Shown here piece by piece: positions 15,001 to 27,779 of a DNA stretch of 64,000 bases (its first letter is position 1; every line of letters starts with the position of its first letter). A model generated the notes under the pieces. The model was not told the DNA's origin. It saw only the letters and a program-made list of their open reading frames with translations, and ran no database searches. The translations under genes were made by a program, and so were the position numbers. Source of the stretch: Antedon mediterranea (lineage: Eukaryota > Animalia > Echinodermata); NCBI RefSeq assembly GCF_964355755.1, contig NC_092677.1, forward strand, positions 11,120,101 to 11,184,100. Direction: 5' to 3'.

Positions 15001-16517
15001 TAACCCTTGCTCATGAAGAAATTTGGCAGCAGCTAAGCCTAAGTATCAATGAAAAACCAATACGCACAGTTTTATATTTATTACAATGTTTTTTTTGTGT
15101 TGACATTTTTTCATCATCAAATGCAGACAAAAGTCTAGTCTAGTCCTATAAGTATAAATTTGACCAGACATGGTCTAAGTGCTGAACAATCAACAGAAAA
15201 TGTAAAAAGCACAAAATTAATTAATGTTAAAAGTGCAAATTAAAAGGTAGGATTTGTGGATTTAATCAAGGTAAGGGAACAGCATTATTGTAAATTGGTC
15301 TTGTACATGTATGTTAAAAACTTCATTATTAAGTCACTGAAACTGTTTATTTCATGTTGTACGCTGTAAAACATCATTTTTGTAGAATGGTGTCAAAGTT
15401 AAGCTGCCATTAATGTACATTAACATCTACAATTACAGATCGGTAAATCGTTTTGCGTAAAGGTAACAGGAAATTGAGAAGCAATGCAGGTGCATTTGAA
15501 AGCTTAATGACTTGTCCAGGGTAGCCATGAATATCATGAAGGAAAATTAATTAAGAATTAATCAATTATAATGTGTAGTAGTGACATGTTGTTACACACA
15601 GAGCTTTGATGTAGAGAAATGTATGTTAAGCTCTGTCTACACTATCAAACTTTTTACTAAAAAGTGTGATTGTGCCCAAATATGGAAGTGATATGACATT
15701 GTCATGTCCATATAAAGGCACATTACATTTTATTAGACATAGGTTGCGTTTCCTCAGCCAAAAATTAACCAATAAAAATTAATCGATAATTAACCAATAA
15801 ACTGCCTGTGGTAACAGATTCCACTCACGAAAAATTAACCGATAGTTATCTCATTTATCGGATAAATGCAATAATTTTTAACCTTTGACCTGAAGGGCTA
15901 ATTGTTGCGTTGTGAATGGGCATCTGGGTGTTTCGAAATGACTGATCATGTGCACTTTATTGGTTAAAAAGTTATAATTTTGTTTTGGCTACGGAAACAT
16001 TGCCATAAAGTTTTATATTGTAGATGCTACAGTACCGTAGTTTGAATAGACATAGACTGGTAACAGACAGTCGACAGTCATAAACTTTTCAATGAATGAT
16101 TGAATGAATGCACTGCTCTCAAAGAATGTATTTGTCCAATATATAAATTCTATTTTTGTACCAAATATACAAAACATTATATTTCCAAAACCAAAGTCTT
16201 CTTCTAGGAGCTTAGTGGCTTTGAAAATGCCGAATTTAATTGTCATAACTTTCAAAAACCTGTACAAACTCTGTTAAAATTAAAGTGACAGATGTTAAAG
16301 TAGATTTTTGTTTAGAACTGTAAAAGCAATTTTCTTTTTCTTCTTATTATATTTCATGATAAGGATAGTTATATATTTTTTTAATTTGTCACTGTTTGTT
16401 TACTTTAATATGGAGTAAGTGCAGAATCTGTAAATAATATATCATTAATTGTTAAAATTACTAACCACTTATGCCAGCTCCAATAACAATAACATCATGC
16501 TTTCCACTGTTCGACAT
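24..16517 (-). CDS. MAO: Flavin-containing monoamine oxidase (MAO-A/B family), multi-exon, 3' end outside the window
   Basis: GT-AG exons chain in frame: 16466-16517 ([18 protein letters not shown], GxGxxG), 14944-15038 ([12 protein letters not shown]), 14413-14550 ([13 protein letters not shown]), 13720-13824, 12729-12924 (FLWYIKCGG), 12188-12286 (NGGQERK), 11882-11973, 11199-11282, 10709-10784 ([10 protein letters not shown]), 9936-10023 (DDTKPDG), 9677-9730, 8896-8953, 7626-7723 (SGGCY covalent FAD site), 24-135 ([27 protein letters not shown]). Confidence 0.96.
6908..6957. repeat. Perfect 24-bp inverted repeat with 2-nt spacer
   Basis: TAAGAAAACAAAAAATACAAATTT-AA-AAATTTGTATTTTTTGTTTTCTTA. 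Confidence 0.92.
7246..7440 (+). mobile_element. tRNA-derived SINE
   Basis: A-box TGGTGGTTAA and degenerate B-box; homologs at 34509-34700 (+), ~36660-36765 (-), ~2305-2360 (-). Confidence 0.7.
7910..8226. mobile_element. Tc1/mariner-like MITE containing four ~56-bp tandem repeats
   Basis: Ends CAGTAGAACC / GGTTCTACTA with TA flanks; units start ~7986, 8041, 8097, 8153. Related GGGGACACC-rich elements at ~3569-3760, ~22344-22695, ~28320-28472. Confidence 0.75.
8561..8878. mobile_element. Non-autonomous DNA transposon (TIR TACCCTTTTCACA)
   Basis: Inverted termini; colinear homolog at 48058-48360. Confidence 0.8.
9071..9646 (+). mobile_element. Helentron-associated (HINE/DINE-1-like) non-autonomous element
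   Basis: AACAAG start, GACC/GACA microsatellite, direct repeat at ~9104-9147 and ~9569-9620, terminal hairpin AGTCGC-ttccac-GCGACT followed by an A run. Confidence 0.65.
11525..11693 (+). mobile_element. Penelope-like retroelement terminal-repeat fragment with hammerhead core
   Basis: CTGATGA-A-GGGC..GCCC-GAAAGCTC; near-identical downstream sequence at 6987-7141 (+) and 32515-32658 (-). Confidence 0.7.
13909..14062. mobile_element. MITE family A copy
   Basis: Both TIRs and internal GTGCCCAAATATGGTAGTGA core. Confidence 0.85.
15741..16004. mobile_element. Degenerate MITE
   Basis: Imperfect inverted ends GTTTCCTCAGCCAAAA / TTTTGGCTACGGAAAC. Confidence 0.55.
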
Positions 16518-16925
16518 ATTTCACTGTTACCTGTGGTTACCCGGTTTTTACCTGCTGAGATCTTTTGAAAAAGAAAAAGAAAAAAATCAATAGTAATTAG
16601 CAACAAATTTCTCTTTCAAATAAATTCCTACTGATTATTCTAATCATTTTTTTATGATTAATTATTGTTGTATTATTTATATTTGTATTATTTATATAGT
16701 AGTCATTGGTTGGAGTTACACACCTAATTGGTGACAGTGGCTTAGGCTGCTTTTGTGCTTTCCTGGCAGCTAGTGACTATAATTTTGTATTGTCTCCTTG
16801 CATTTTGTTTGTTAAATTTGTTGATTTGTTTATATTTTAGCAATAAAATCTTTTGCCTGAATAAATAATAATAATTATAATAACACAGTGTACATACTCT
16901 ACTAAGCAAACACTACCTTCTTATT

Positions 16926-17350
16926 TGTGGCACATGCAAGGGAACCAGACATAAGTCGGAATTTTCAAAATTGAGATTTTCACAAATACTAAAACTACAT
17001 AAACCAAGATTTAAAATGCTGAAAAAAATATCTTGATACCATGTCAACTTCCAGAGATATCTCAGTCTAAAGTTTCAGTGTTTTGAGAAAATTGCTTTTA
17101 AAGTTAAGTATGAAAATCATACATAATTTACACCATCTTTTTAACCAACATAGCACACAAAATGTTAAAATGTATTTATTTATTTTTCCCAAAATATAAA
17201 AACACCAAGGTAATGTAAATAATTACTGTTTCAGCTATCATATTCAGTAAAAAATTAAAAAATGTAATTTTTTTAGTCTTTTATTGTTTTTTGTTGTCTC
17301 TACAAATCTACACATGCGACTTATGTCCGATTTCGCTTGCATGTGCCACA
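16926..17350. mobile_element. MITE with ~33-bp TIR, superfamily not assigned
   Basis: TGTGGCACATGCAAG..GACATAAGTCG at left and its reverse complement at right. Confidence 0.8.
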
Positions 17351-18871
17351 TTTGTAATGTCAATGCAGTCACATTTGACACTGAACAATGAAAGGCTTAG
17401 ATAGACTAGATGAGTGATACACAAAAGACTGCATACAGGTCTACCCCTAAAGACCAATTCTGGGACATTTAATTTGTTAAAATCACTAATTATGTTACTA
17501 ATTGGTGGGACTCTTTATTAAATAGTCCATTTTTTTTTCAAGTTAGACATCAGTATGAAATATCTATAAATGTAAATAGTCATTACAGTCAATTACAAAG
17601 CTGATACAAAAATCACACAAGTCTCCCTAAAGATTAATTTTAAGAGTCATGATTTTATTGTATAATAGTGTTACTAATTGGCGAGACTCTAAGATAGTCA
17701 AAATGTGTGATTTGTTTACAAATTAGAATTTATTAGACATTATTTTATATAATGTAATGTAAATTATAATTTTCTAATTTAGAAGTCTGAAATCTCCAGT
17801 AGGTCTAGTAATTGGAAAAATCTTGAAAATCAGTAAATTGCTCTAACTGTTGACTTAATAGTAAAATATTGATTTTTCTTTTTTCCATTTTGTCTAGATC
17901 ATAATAAGGCTTGATTAAATATCTAAATTGAAATCAAACATGCAGTGTAGCTGTCACATTATTGCAGAAATACAACTTAATTTGTTTGCTTGTTGAACTG
18001 TATTGTATGTATGTTAAAGTAGCTTGCAGGATTGGTTAAAGATGTATTGTCCCCCAAAAAACATGAAAAATAAATATTAATTAAATTAGACTTTGAATAT
18101 GGTATTTTTGTAGTTTTAATAAAGTTAATCACTTCTGTAGAAAAAAAAATGAAAAAATAATGTTTTCACTTATAAAATGACGGTTTGGTAAAAAATGTTG
18201 TCAGATGATATATAAATATAGGTTATATAACTTGAATTTTACATTTCTGGTATTTTTATTCAACTTCAGTTTCAATTTTCATGGTATAGCAACAATTATC
18301 CACCGTATATCCACCATCTTTTTTCACCTCCTAGGGAGTCACCTGAAATGTTATTACATTAGGTTAAACTACTAACTACTGAAAAAAAGTCTTCCTGGTT
18401 CTTATAGCTGAATTTTGCCAAATTTTGGATTTGACCATATTAAGGGAAATTCATATTTTTTCGTCTTAATTTCTGTTACAACTATTTGATTTATTTATGT
18501 ACAATTAACCAGATATTATATTTAAAATTCATGCCTGCTGAGCTTTAAAATAAAGTTATAATAAAATACAAAAACCTGATTACCCAAATCTGCAATCTCA
18601 AATCTCTGAAAACAGACAAAATATTAAACCTATTACTTTATTCAGCCCCGTATTAGTATTAGGCATAATGGCAAAATCTATCTATCCGTCCGTCGTAGCA
18701 CATGATGAATGTGATAATGCCCTGAGGCTAATCCACTTTCAACTTATCAGCGTATGATGGAACTACTTCGTCTACTTGTTACACTACGCACTACAGTTTT
18801 ATTAGTCAAACCAGCCAGAAGCATGCAGTAATTTCTTTCTAGTCAAAATGCTATTTATAAAACATACTTAC

Positions 18872-19615
18872 TTTTACAGCTACATTCAATTAAACACAAC
18901 AAATGAATACGGTTCTCTTATCACGACAGAAGACGATATCAGGAGTGGTTTGTTTGAAAATCAACATAGATTATTATCTATATGACCCTTTTCCCAGGTA
19001 CTTTGACCTTTATTCAAATGATGTAGCAAACAGCATCGCAAAACTAATGTCAACATAACTACGGAATGTAAATACAAACATAACTGTTATTTAGCTAAGG
19101 CACATTCATTGAAGTACGAATAAAACGTTTATATTAAGATTGATACTATGATTGTTATTTAATATTTACTAAACAAACGAACATTTAGGCCTACAACAAA
19201 CAGGTTTCGATTTGTCTTTATAGAGATCTTGGGAAAATCCTATTTTGTTTACGTTTTGGAATCGTCCATTATGAAATAGAACAACTGAGGTATATAATTG
19301 TTTGATATTTACGTTGTAAAAATATAATATATTATTACCTATACACAAAAGACATAATAAATAAGATTTATTTGTATATATAATGCTTTATGTGTACAAA
19401 AATTGAAAACAACTTATATATATTTAAACAATAATTATGAAATTTCCCTGTATATGAAATCGTTACGTCTCAATGTTGTCACATGGAACAACAGGTTGAG
19501 TGTGATCAGGTGACATTGGACAGTCTTGTCTTTTCAGACTTCTGTCGAGTCTTGCCTATTATTTTCGGATTTATAAAGACATAAATACCGAAAAAAACAT
19601 TACTTTAATTATCAC
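18872..19615. promoter_or_regulatory. Probable divergent promoter region shared by MAO and PEPD
   Basis: Head-to-head genes; strong minus-strand donor GTAAGTATG at 18871 suggests a MAO 5' UTR exon; local CpG retention. Transcription starts are not directly visible. Confidence 0.45.
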
Positions 19616-22600
19616 ATGATGGCCTTAAAACCAGAGTAAGTATATTTAGATAAAGTTTTAAAAAATATAATTAGTAGACAGATAAATATGGTACTTTAAT
19701 AGTTAGGCCTAGGCTAGGCCTACTCTTCTAATAATCTAGCTACACTCACCCACACTGTACACAATTGTAGGCATACATAGACGGTCTGTGACAGGGTGTA
19801 CTCGGCACAGTCAGTGTGTAGTTGACGTAGCTTAGTTAGGCCTCCTTATACTATTACTAGAGGTCTAGGCCAGTCTGTATTTTCCTAGCCTAGCGTTAGC
19901 TCATTTTTGGCAGTTGATTATTGGTTTGTGCAACATTGAGTGAGGTTTTAAATTTTATTGTTTTAATCTCACCCTTGTTTTCGTCTTTTGTTTATATTAA
20001 TGTAAAATAATACACAAAATGTATTCAATGATTGGCATGTGACACTAATATATGAAATTAGCTTGAGAAATTGAATTTTCCACAATTATAACTATAAATA
20101 TATATTTCAATCAATCAATTTTCAGACCTGCGTTTTGTCTTGGAGCATTGAAAGTGCCAATTTCTTTGCACGACACAAATCGCAAGCGACTGTACAGACG
20201 TTTGAAAGAGAATGCTGCTGTAGGTGCCGGGGCAATCGTTGTCCTTCAGGGTGGAGAAGAAACAAACAGATACTGCACGGACACAGCTCTTGTTTTTAGA
20301 CAGGTATACTACACAGACTCAGATATAAGCCCATCCTTTCAAAATTAGGCCCAGTATGAGTGTGTTATAAGATAAAAATGGTAAAACATTTTTGACTAGT
20401 GTCTGAGAATGCCCTAGTTGAAATCCTGCTAGTGCAGTATTGTTTATATTCTTTCACTCTTTCTTATGTGCCTCGTCCTTCAGATGGGACTTGGTTTCTA
20501 TGTACAGCCATGTTATTCAAAAGGAGTAGTTACCTTCTGTTTATTATGGAAGCTGCCACTCTATGTCGACACAATAAACATATAATTGTGGCATCCTGTC
20601 ACACAATACAATAATATTTTAATGTCTGTTTTAATTTTTAGGAGTCTTATTTTCATTGGTGCTTTGGAGTACTAGAACCTGGTTTTTATGGAGCGATTGA
20701 TGTTGATAGTGGTAAGACTATACTGTTTTGTCCAAGGCTTCCTGAGGCATATACAGTATGGATGGGAACGTAAGATAAAGTTACTATTTATTTCATTTAA
20801 AGCCCCATTCCCTACGTTTTTTAGATCTAATTTAAGATCACAAACTATATTTAATGTAAAAATAATACTATATGGTCCTATTGCGATAACTTTTTTCGTC
20901 TTTAAACGGTTAAAAATGTGAAAAATAAGCCGATTCTAATAATTATAGCGGCCCGCTATAAATCACAAAATGCATTGCGCGCGGATTGATATTTTTGTTT
21001 TTCACCTGTAATTCGCCCACTTTTCGATCGATCGTGAGGCCAAAACAAATGGAAGACTCCTAACTTTTCAGCGAAAATACCGGGTTTTCCCCAATTTGTA
21101 TCAACGGAGTCTGGCAAAAATAGAAAGACAATTAATGCAGCAACTATACAACGTCAGGCTAGGTATATAGCTTGCGTACGATGTTCGTACGTTACCGATG
21201 TTTACCAGCTAGGCCTACAAAACTAAGCCTAGCTAGGCTAGGCCTAAGACCGTCCACGAGAGGTTGATCGCCGCGAGCTACTTAGGTAGTGCATTGTTTC
21301 TCACTTTTTATCATAATTTACCATAAAACGTACATTTAAGACAAGGAATGACATGGTTTAATGTTTTTAAAGTGATATATATGTATTATTTTCCAAAAAA
21401 CGTCCAAAATTGCAGGGAAGGGGTCTTTAAAGAAGTATAACATTGATAAACATGCTTGCTATCTAATTTGAATATTGTTGACATAGATAGACTCTCTTCA
21501 TATGTTTTACGTTTAACCTGGCAGGACCAGAATTCCTAATGCCATATTAATGTTATGTTATTCTCTCATCTTTTCTATGACTTTATTTAAAGTTGTTTTT
21601 ATAATTTATATTTTATAGCATTTTACCCAAAAGTCATTTCAAAGAGAAGTATGCAGTAGATGAAGTTTGCTATGTAGATGAAGTGAGTATTTGTTTTCTA
21701 TTCATCTCATGAAATTATTTGTACCATTACACTCAAAAACATTCATAATTATCATATTTATGCTAAAGCAGTTTTTATACTATACATATTGAACAGTATA
21801 TTTTTATACAATATGAATTTTTTTGACTTGATTTTTTATATTTCTATTTTTATATATTGTAAGTTAAACTTTTAAAATATTTTTTATTGATATTCTGTTT
21901 TATAACAAGCAACCAATTTTGCTTTTATACTTGTTTGTGAAAACACAATAAAGATAACTTAAACTTGATTATTTTCATAATATATAATGAATGAATGAGT
22001 GAAATATCCTACAACAATGTATCCAATACATTTTTTTAGATTTCAGATGTTTTGGAGGCAATGAAACCCGCAATGCTATTAACTTTGGTAAGTAGCAAAA
22101 CAGACATTAAAAATAATGACTTTTAATTGTCTCATATTATTGTCTATGCTCATACATACCATGGACGTATAATTTAATAGGTCCATATATAATACACATA
22201 TATAATATCAGAGTTTTACTTTGTAGTATTATTTAAAATGTTGATTACAGAGAGGTGTGAACACCGATAGTGGTAGCACATGTCAAGAGGCTGTCTTTGA
22301 AGGGGTTCACAAGTAAGTATTCAATAAATACTGCTTTTAAATAAGTAGAACCACTCCACTGGCACACCCCTATTTAGGAGACAGACACCCCTATTCAAGA
22401 GACACTCCTATTCAGGGGACACCCCTATCCAGGAGACAGTCACTGACGCTCCTATTCAGGGGACACCCCTATTCAGAAAAAAGACACCCCTAGTCAGGAG
22501 ACACCCCTAGTCAGGAGACACTGCTATTCAGGGGACACTGCTATTCAGGGGACACCGCTATTCAGGAGACAAACACCCCTATTCAGGAGACAGACACCCC

Positions 22601-25600
22601 TATTCAGGAGACAGACATCCTATTCAGGAGACAGACACTCGAATCAGGAGACAGACACCCTATTTTGAGGACATCCCTATTTAACGGGACACTTTTTTAC
22701 CATAGTAAGATAGATGATACCTTAAGGATATAATTGATTTATTTCTTAATATTTTAGGTTTAAAGTCAACAATATTTTACTGCACCCAGAAATAATGGAA
22801 TGGTAAGTTTGTATATTCTTATTTTCAATACACATTTTTTCAAAAACATTAAAAATGAGTAAACCAAATGTGATTTCATTATTTTTAGTCGAGTTATTAA
22901 AACACCACAGGAACTGGAAGTATTAAGATATACAAACCAAGTTAGCAGTGAAGCACACAAGGAAATAATGAGAAAGATCCGTCCAGGCATGAAGGAATAC
23001 GAGATGGAAAGGTACGTACAGCAGTTAAAATGTAGAAAAGAATAGAATATTGTAGTTTTATGCTCTGTCTACACTATATGTGAGACAAACAAGTGTGATG
23101 TGCCCAAAAACAGTAGTGATATGAGATCATCGTGACCATATGGGCACATCACATAAAGTTTGATAGTGTAGACAGAGCTTTACATATGTGTGCTTACTTA
23201 CCAGTAAGATGAAGTCATCACTTGATGTTGACCTTTTAAAGTCACGCCTTTTGTTTTACCTAAAGTTGATAGTCTAGACAAAGCTTTAATAGAGTGTCTC
23301 TCAATTAGGAATGTACTGTGTGTACTAGAATAGTCAATCCTAGTCTTTTTAAATTAAATTGTTTATATAAATATTTTTTCTTATATTTATGTGTTTAATG
23401 CAATACTTTAATTGTAGTTTTTAGATTATTTATTTTAGATTATAAAAGGATCCCAATGGAAATATTAGCTAATAATCTTTTTGGGTTATCCTGGAAAATC
23501 TTTTATAAATGTATTTATTTGTAATGTCAGTAATTTATGTATACAGTACTTTGTATGTATTTTTATGATGATTTTCCTAATAAATTCAAATCAAATTAAG
23601 TTCAACCAAAACAAATCAACCATTAGATATTTGTATCTTGTGGAACAGCTAACAAATTCTGTTTTTTTTTCTCAGTTTGTTCCAGCATTATTGTTACAGC
23701 AAAGGAGGTTGTAGACACACATCGTACACCTGTATTTGCGGAAGGTAAAACTAAATTGAATAGATTGCCGCATAATGAGTCTTGATGGTTTAATCAATGC
23801 TATTGATTTTGATGTTAAAACATATCCAAGGAAACGAGGAAATACAGCCATTGTTGGTCTACACTGTTTTTATATATGTAATTGTACACTATTGTCAAAA
23901 TCATTAGGAATGTATGTATACTTACTTGATAACTTATGATTGTCAGTGGAAATCAAATATTTTAATAAAAATATAGTAATATTATATTTCACAAACCTTT
24001 AATGACATCTGCATCTATATGTAACAAATAGGTACAGTATTATATAATTATGAAATGAACTGTATTTTCAAGGGTTATTTACTGTAATTTTAATTACTTA
24101 TTTATGATGTAAATTTTTATTTGTTTTTGAGTTGTATGTTTCGATGTCATTATTTTGTTATGTATTTTACATATATATTTTGAATTAATATTTGAAATAT
24201 TACCATAAATTATGTCTGTTTTTTAGTGGAAAAAATGGTGCTGTTCTTCACTATGGTCATGCAGGGGCACCGAATGACAAAGTTATCAATGACGGAGATA
24301 TGTGGTAATAAACATTTATTTTACAATCAAATTGAAATCAGCCAAAGCCCTCAAACCCTTTTGTACTACATATAGGATACTGAGATGATGTACAGTAGTA
24401 TCATATGGGTGGAGATACGGTACAGAGAATCAAGTGGGCAGACAAACTTTTAAGTTCTGTCCACGCTACCAAACGTTATGTGACAAAAAATATAATGTGC
24501 TCATATATAGATATGATAGTGTCATACCACTACCACATTTGGGCACATAACACTTTTTTTGTCAAACTAGTTTGATAGTGGAGACAGAGCTTAACAGATG
24601 GTTTTTTTTATTAGCTTATTTGATCTTGGTGGTGAATATTACTGCTATGCATCCGACATCACATGCTCATTCCCTGTCAATGGCAAGTTTACTGATGATC
24701 AAAAGATTATTTACCAAGCAGTATATGATGCTAGCAGAGCTGTCATGAAAGAGGTCAAACCAGGTCAGCTAATTAAAAAAAACTACAGTACTATAATATA
24801 TAATTATAATTATCTTAAGACGAATGGATGGAAAATCAATGAATACAGTAGGAATATGGATGAATTCAGATTCAGAATAATGTATTCTAAAATTTACAGA
24901 ACAAAGAGTAAATTACAAATTTAATATCAGGAGACCAAACCATAGGGGGTGCTATAGTTGCTTTTTAAATTACACCAAAACATAGAAGGTGCTATTTTTC
25001 ACAGAGCCTAGTAGTAGAGCCTAAATTGTTATGCACTATAGGGATGTTTTTTGGTATATTCTAAACAATCAGTAGAAATAGCACCTTTGGCAGGAGATAA
25101 ACAAAAAACTTGTGCGATTATCAGGAAGTACGCCTACTGTACATAAACTGTTCACATAACTGAAATGTTTGAGGTCCTCAGAGTGCCCCCCTCTCTTTAT
25201 TTCTTTAAACAAATTATGTCAACTTCTTGTACATAATTACAATTTTAGGAGTATGCTGGGTAGATATGCATCGTCTAGCTGAGCACACAATTCTAGAGGC
25301 ACTAAAACAACACGGTCTAGTACAGGGAGACATAGATGGCATGGTAGAGGCCAACATAGGTGCCTTATTCATGCCTCACGGTCTTGGACACTTCATGGGC
25401 TTAGATGTGCACGACGTTGGTGGCTACCCTGAGGTAAGATAAAATATAGGCAATCTGAGTGAGTAGCCGAGCGGTTAAACAGTGGAACCGTAATATGTAG
25501 CCGCAACATCGGCATGGGTTCGAGGCTCACTCGCTCCATGGTTCTTGTTGTAGAACAATTCTTCTTGGATAAGGACTATAAACCATAGGTCTAGTGTACA

Positions 25601-26492
25601 CATCCGGCTCATGTGCACTTTAAAGAACCTAGTACATCTTTCGAGATGAGTAGGGAGTTATCACGGTGTACTAGTTCACACACAGCCACTGTCACAAACT
25701 CATCATATACATATATACACTGGGCCCCATGGGAGAACAGTCTTTGATACAAGAGGCTACCCAGTATAAAGAATAAATAATATTCTGAAATCTGTGCCCT
25801 ATTTCTATTATATTCTAATATATTGTATTAGTTTATCAACTAGTTGTATCATTACAGGGTACCGAACGAATGAAGAAACCAGGTCTTAAGAGTTTGCGCA
25901 CGGTACGCCCTCTACAGGCAGGCATGGTATTCACAATTGAACCTGGCTGCTACTTTATTCAGGAGGTATGTAACTTTTTTTAAACCAGAAATTCTCACAA
26001 AATCAGAAATGATAAGGTACTCAAAAATTGTAGTGAAACATATTTTTGCAGAGCTGATAATATTATAAATTTTGTTACAGGTTTTGCAAAAGGCATTTAG
26101 CAATGAGATCCAGGCTCCATTCTTGTGTCAAGAACAAATCAGGAGATTCATGAACTTTGGAGGGGTAAGTGTAAGTGTGGGAAAGGAAGGGGGAGTGAGG
26201 TGTCATGGAGGAGTGAGGTGTCATGGAGGAGTTTATAAATGTGGACCAAATTTTGGGGTTATTTTAGATAATATTCTTGTGTAACATATAAAAGCATATT
26301 GACAAAACTTGTACCATAAGGTACTGTTTTTTTGTGCCACAGAGGCTTTCACAAATACAAACTTCTTTGTTATAGGTCCGAATTGAAGATGATATTGTCG
26401 TAACCTCAGATGGAATGGAGCTACTAACATGTGTGCCAAGAACAATAAATGAAATTGAAGCATTTATGGCCAAAGCCAGAGAAACTTATTAA
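19616..26492 (+). CDS. PEPD: Xaa-Pro dipeptidase (prolidase, peptidase M24B), 15 coding exons
   Basis: In-frame exons 19616-19635, 20126-20303, 20642-20769, 21619-21682, 22040-22087, 22251-22312, 22758-22802, 22889-23011, 23676-23744, 24227-24304, 24615-24763, 25249-25433, 25858-25965, 26081-26164, 26376-26492. Metal-ligand motifs [52 protein letters not shown] at ~26790. Confidence 0.97.
19704..19900. repeat. TAGGCCTA/CCTAGG field in PEPD first intron
   Basis: TTAGGCCTAGGCTAGGCCTA and further copies starting ~70 bp after exon 1. Confidence 0.7.
20801..21426. mobile_element. Kolobok-like non-autonomous DNA transposon
   Basis: Imperfect TIR AGCCCCATTCCCT / AGGGAAGGGGTCT, TTAA flanks, CpG-rich interior unlike the host intron. 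Confidence 0.7.
22364..22695. repeat. Minisatellite (CACCCCTATTCAGGRGACA, ~19-23 bp unit) inside a mariner-like MITE
   Basis: About 14 visible units. Confidence 0.9.
24452..24591. mobile_element. MITE family A copy
   Basis: TIRs and core; ends ~24 bp before a PEPD exon. Confidence 0.85.
25458..25780 (+). mobile_element. tRNA-derived SINE with Meta/MESC-like core
   Basis: A-box TAGCCGAGCGG, B-box GGTTCGA, core GGATAAGGACTATAAACC..CACTTTAAAGAACC, AATAAATAA tail; homolog at 30610-30865. Confidence 0.8.
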
Positions 26493-26789
26493 ACACTTTT
26501 TCTAAAACATAATTATGTATATATTTTTTTCTAGTATTCAATTCATTGTTATTATGCTATATGAAATTGTTGACAAAAAATAGATTTGTTGTTTTGTACA
26601 CATATGTAATGTATGTAAACTTTGACATTAGAGGTGAACTTTGACATTAAAGGTGAACCTCTTGAAATGTTAAAACAATTTATATTCAACATGTAATTAG
26701 TTTTTCAATGTTTTATCATTTAGCATTTAATTGTATAACATATGCGGTTTTTGGATATGCATGCATACATGAATATGGACTTAAAATGG

Positions 26790-26842
26790 AATAAAATACT
26801 ATAAGACCTTATAAAGCATTATTTTCAAATATTACTTTTATT
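26790..26842. terminator. Convergent polyadenylation signals of PEPD (+) and WDR59 (-)
   Basis: AATAAA at 26790-26795 (+) and TTTATT at 26837-26842 (AATAAA on minus). Confidence 0.6.
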
Positions 26843-27779
26843 CAAAATAACTTTGGTAGTTACTGAAGATTGATAAACATGATGATTTGCATTGACTTTG
26901 ACATCTTTGGAATTTATTTGCATTATGGTTCTGGATTTATGATACATGGTACAATTAGAAATACAGCTTGTTCTGGTTTAATGGTTGATCACCCTGATTG
27001 AACCTCTCTTTAAACTACCCTTTTATTGGCCAGAAGTAAAGTAATGACATCCTCTCTTGTTTCCGGCGAAGAACAAGAGCTCTGGCCACCGCCACAGCCT
27101 CATTGGTTCGTATTTGCCAACATGTTACACATAGTTCAAGAAGATAGTGTGTATTAATAGGCACAATGATCAGCTCTGACAAACAGTATGGCAAACAAAT
27201 ACTTTAACAACAATCAAAGAATAAAGCCTGGTAGCAGACATTTCTTGATAAAGCAGAATACCACATCCAATAGCAAGAAAAAGGACGGCAGCACCAATCA
27301 CAGAGATTGAGACATCCTCATCTTTGATCCACACCACAAAAGATCTGTTGAGGGCCGCTGAGCACACACTTTTTGTTTGATATCAATAACCAAAATTTCA
27401 GCCACAGATGCAAGACCAACGATGGCAGCAACGATTACAGATATTGGCAGATATCCTCATTTTTGATCCACACCAGAAAAGATCTGTTAAGTGATGGTAG
27501 CAGACACTATCAGCGGTTTGACAGACATCCTTATCTTTAAAACACTCCAGCACCCCAAAAGGTCTGTTGAAGGTAGCGGACACATCTTGTTTGATACCGA
27601 TAAGCAGAATGACAACCGAAACTTTAGCAAGACCACTGATGGCAGGACAGCCTCTGTTTGAAGTACTAATCCAGCAACCAAAAGGTCTATTGAAGGCCAT
27701 GGTAGCAGGCACCTCTAGTTTGATAAGACAGACAACCAAACCAGTTAGCAAGACCATTTGTGGCAACAAGTTTTAACAA

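Noticed and set aside
27398-27769. 123-aa Cys-rich ORF as an independent secreted-protein gene
   Set aside because: Starts at a non-ATG codon just past the WDR59 stop and overlaps degenerate repeats; treated as 3' UTR.
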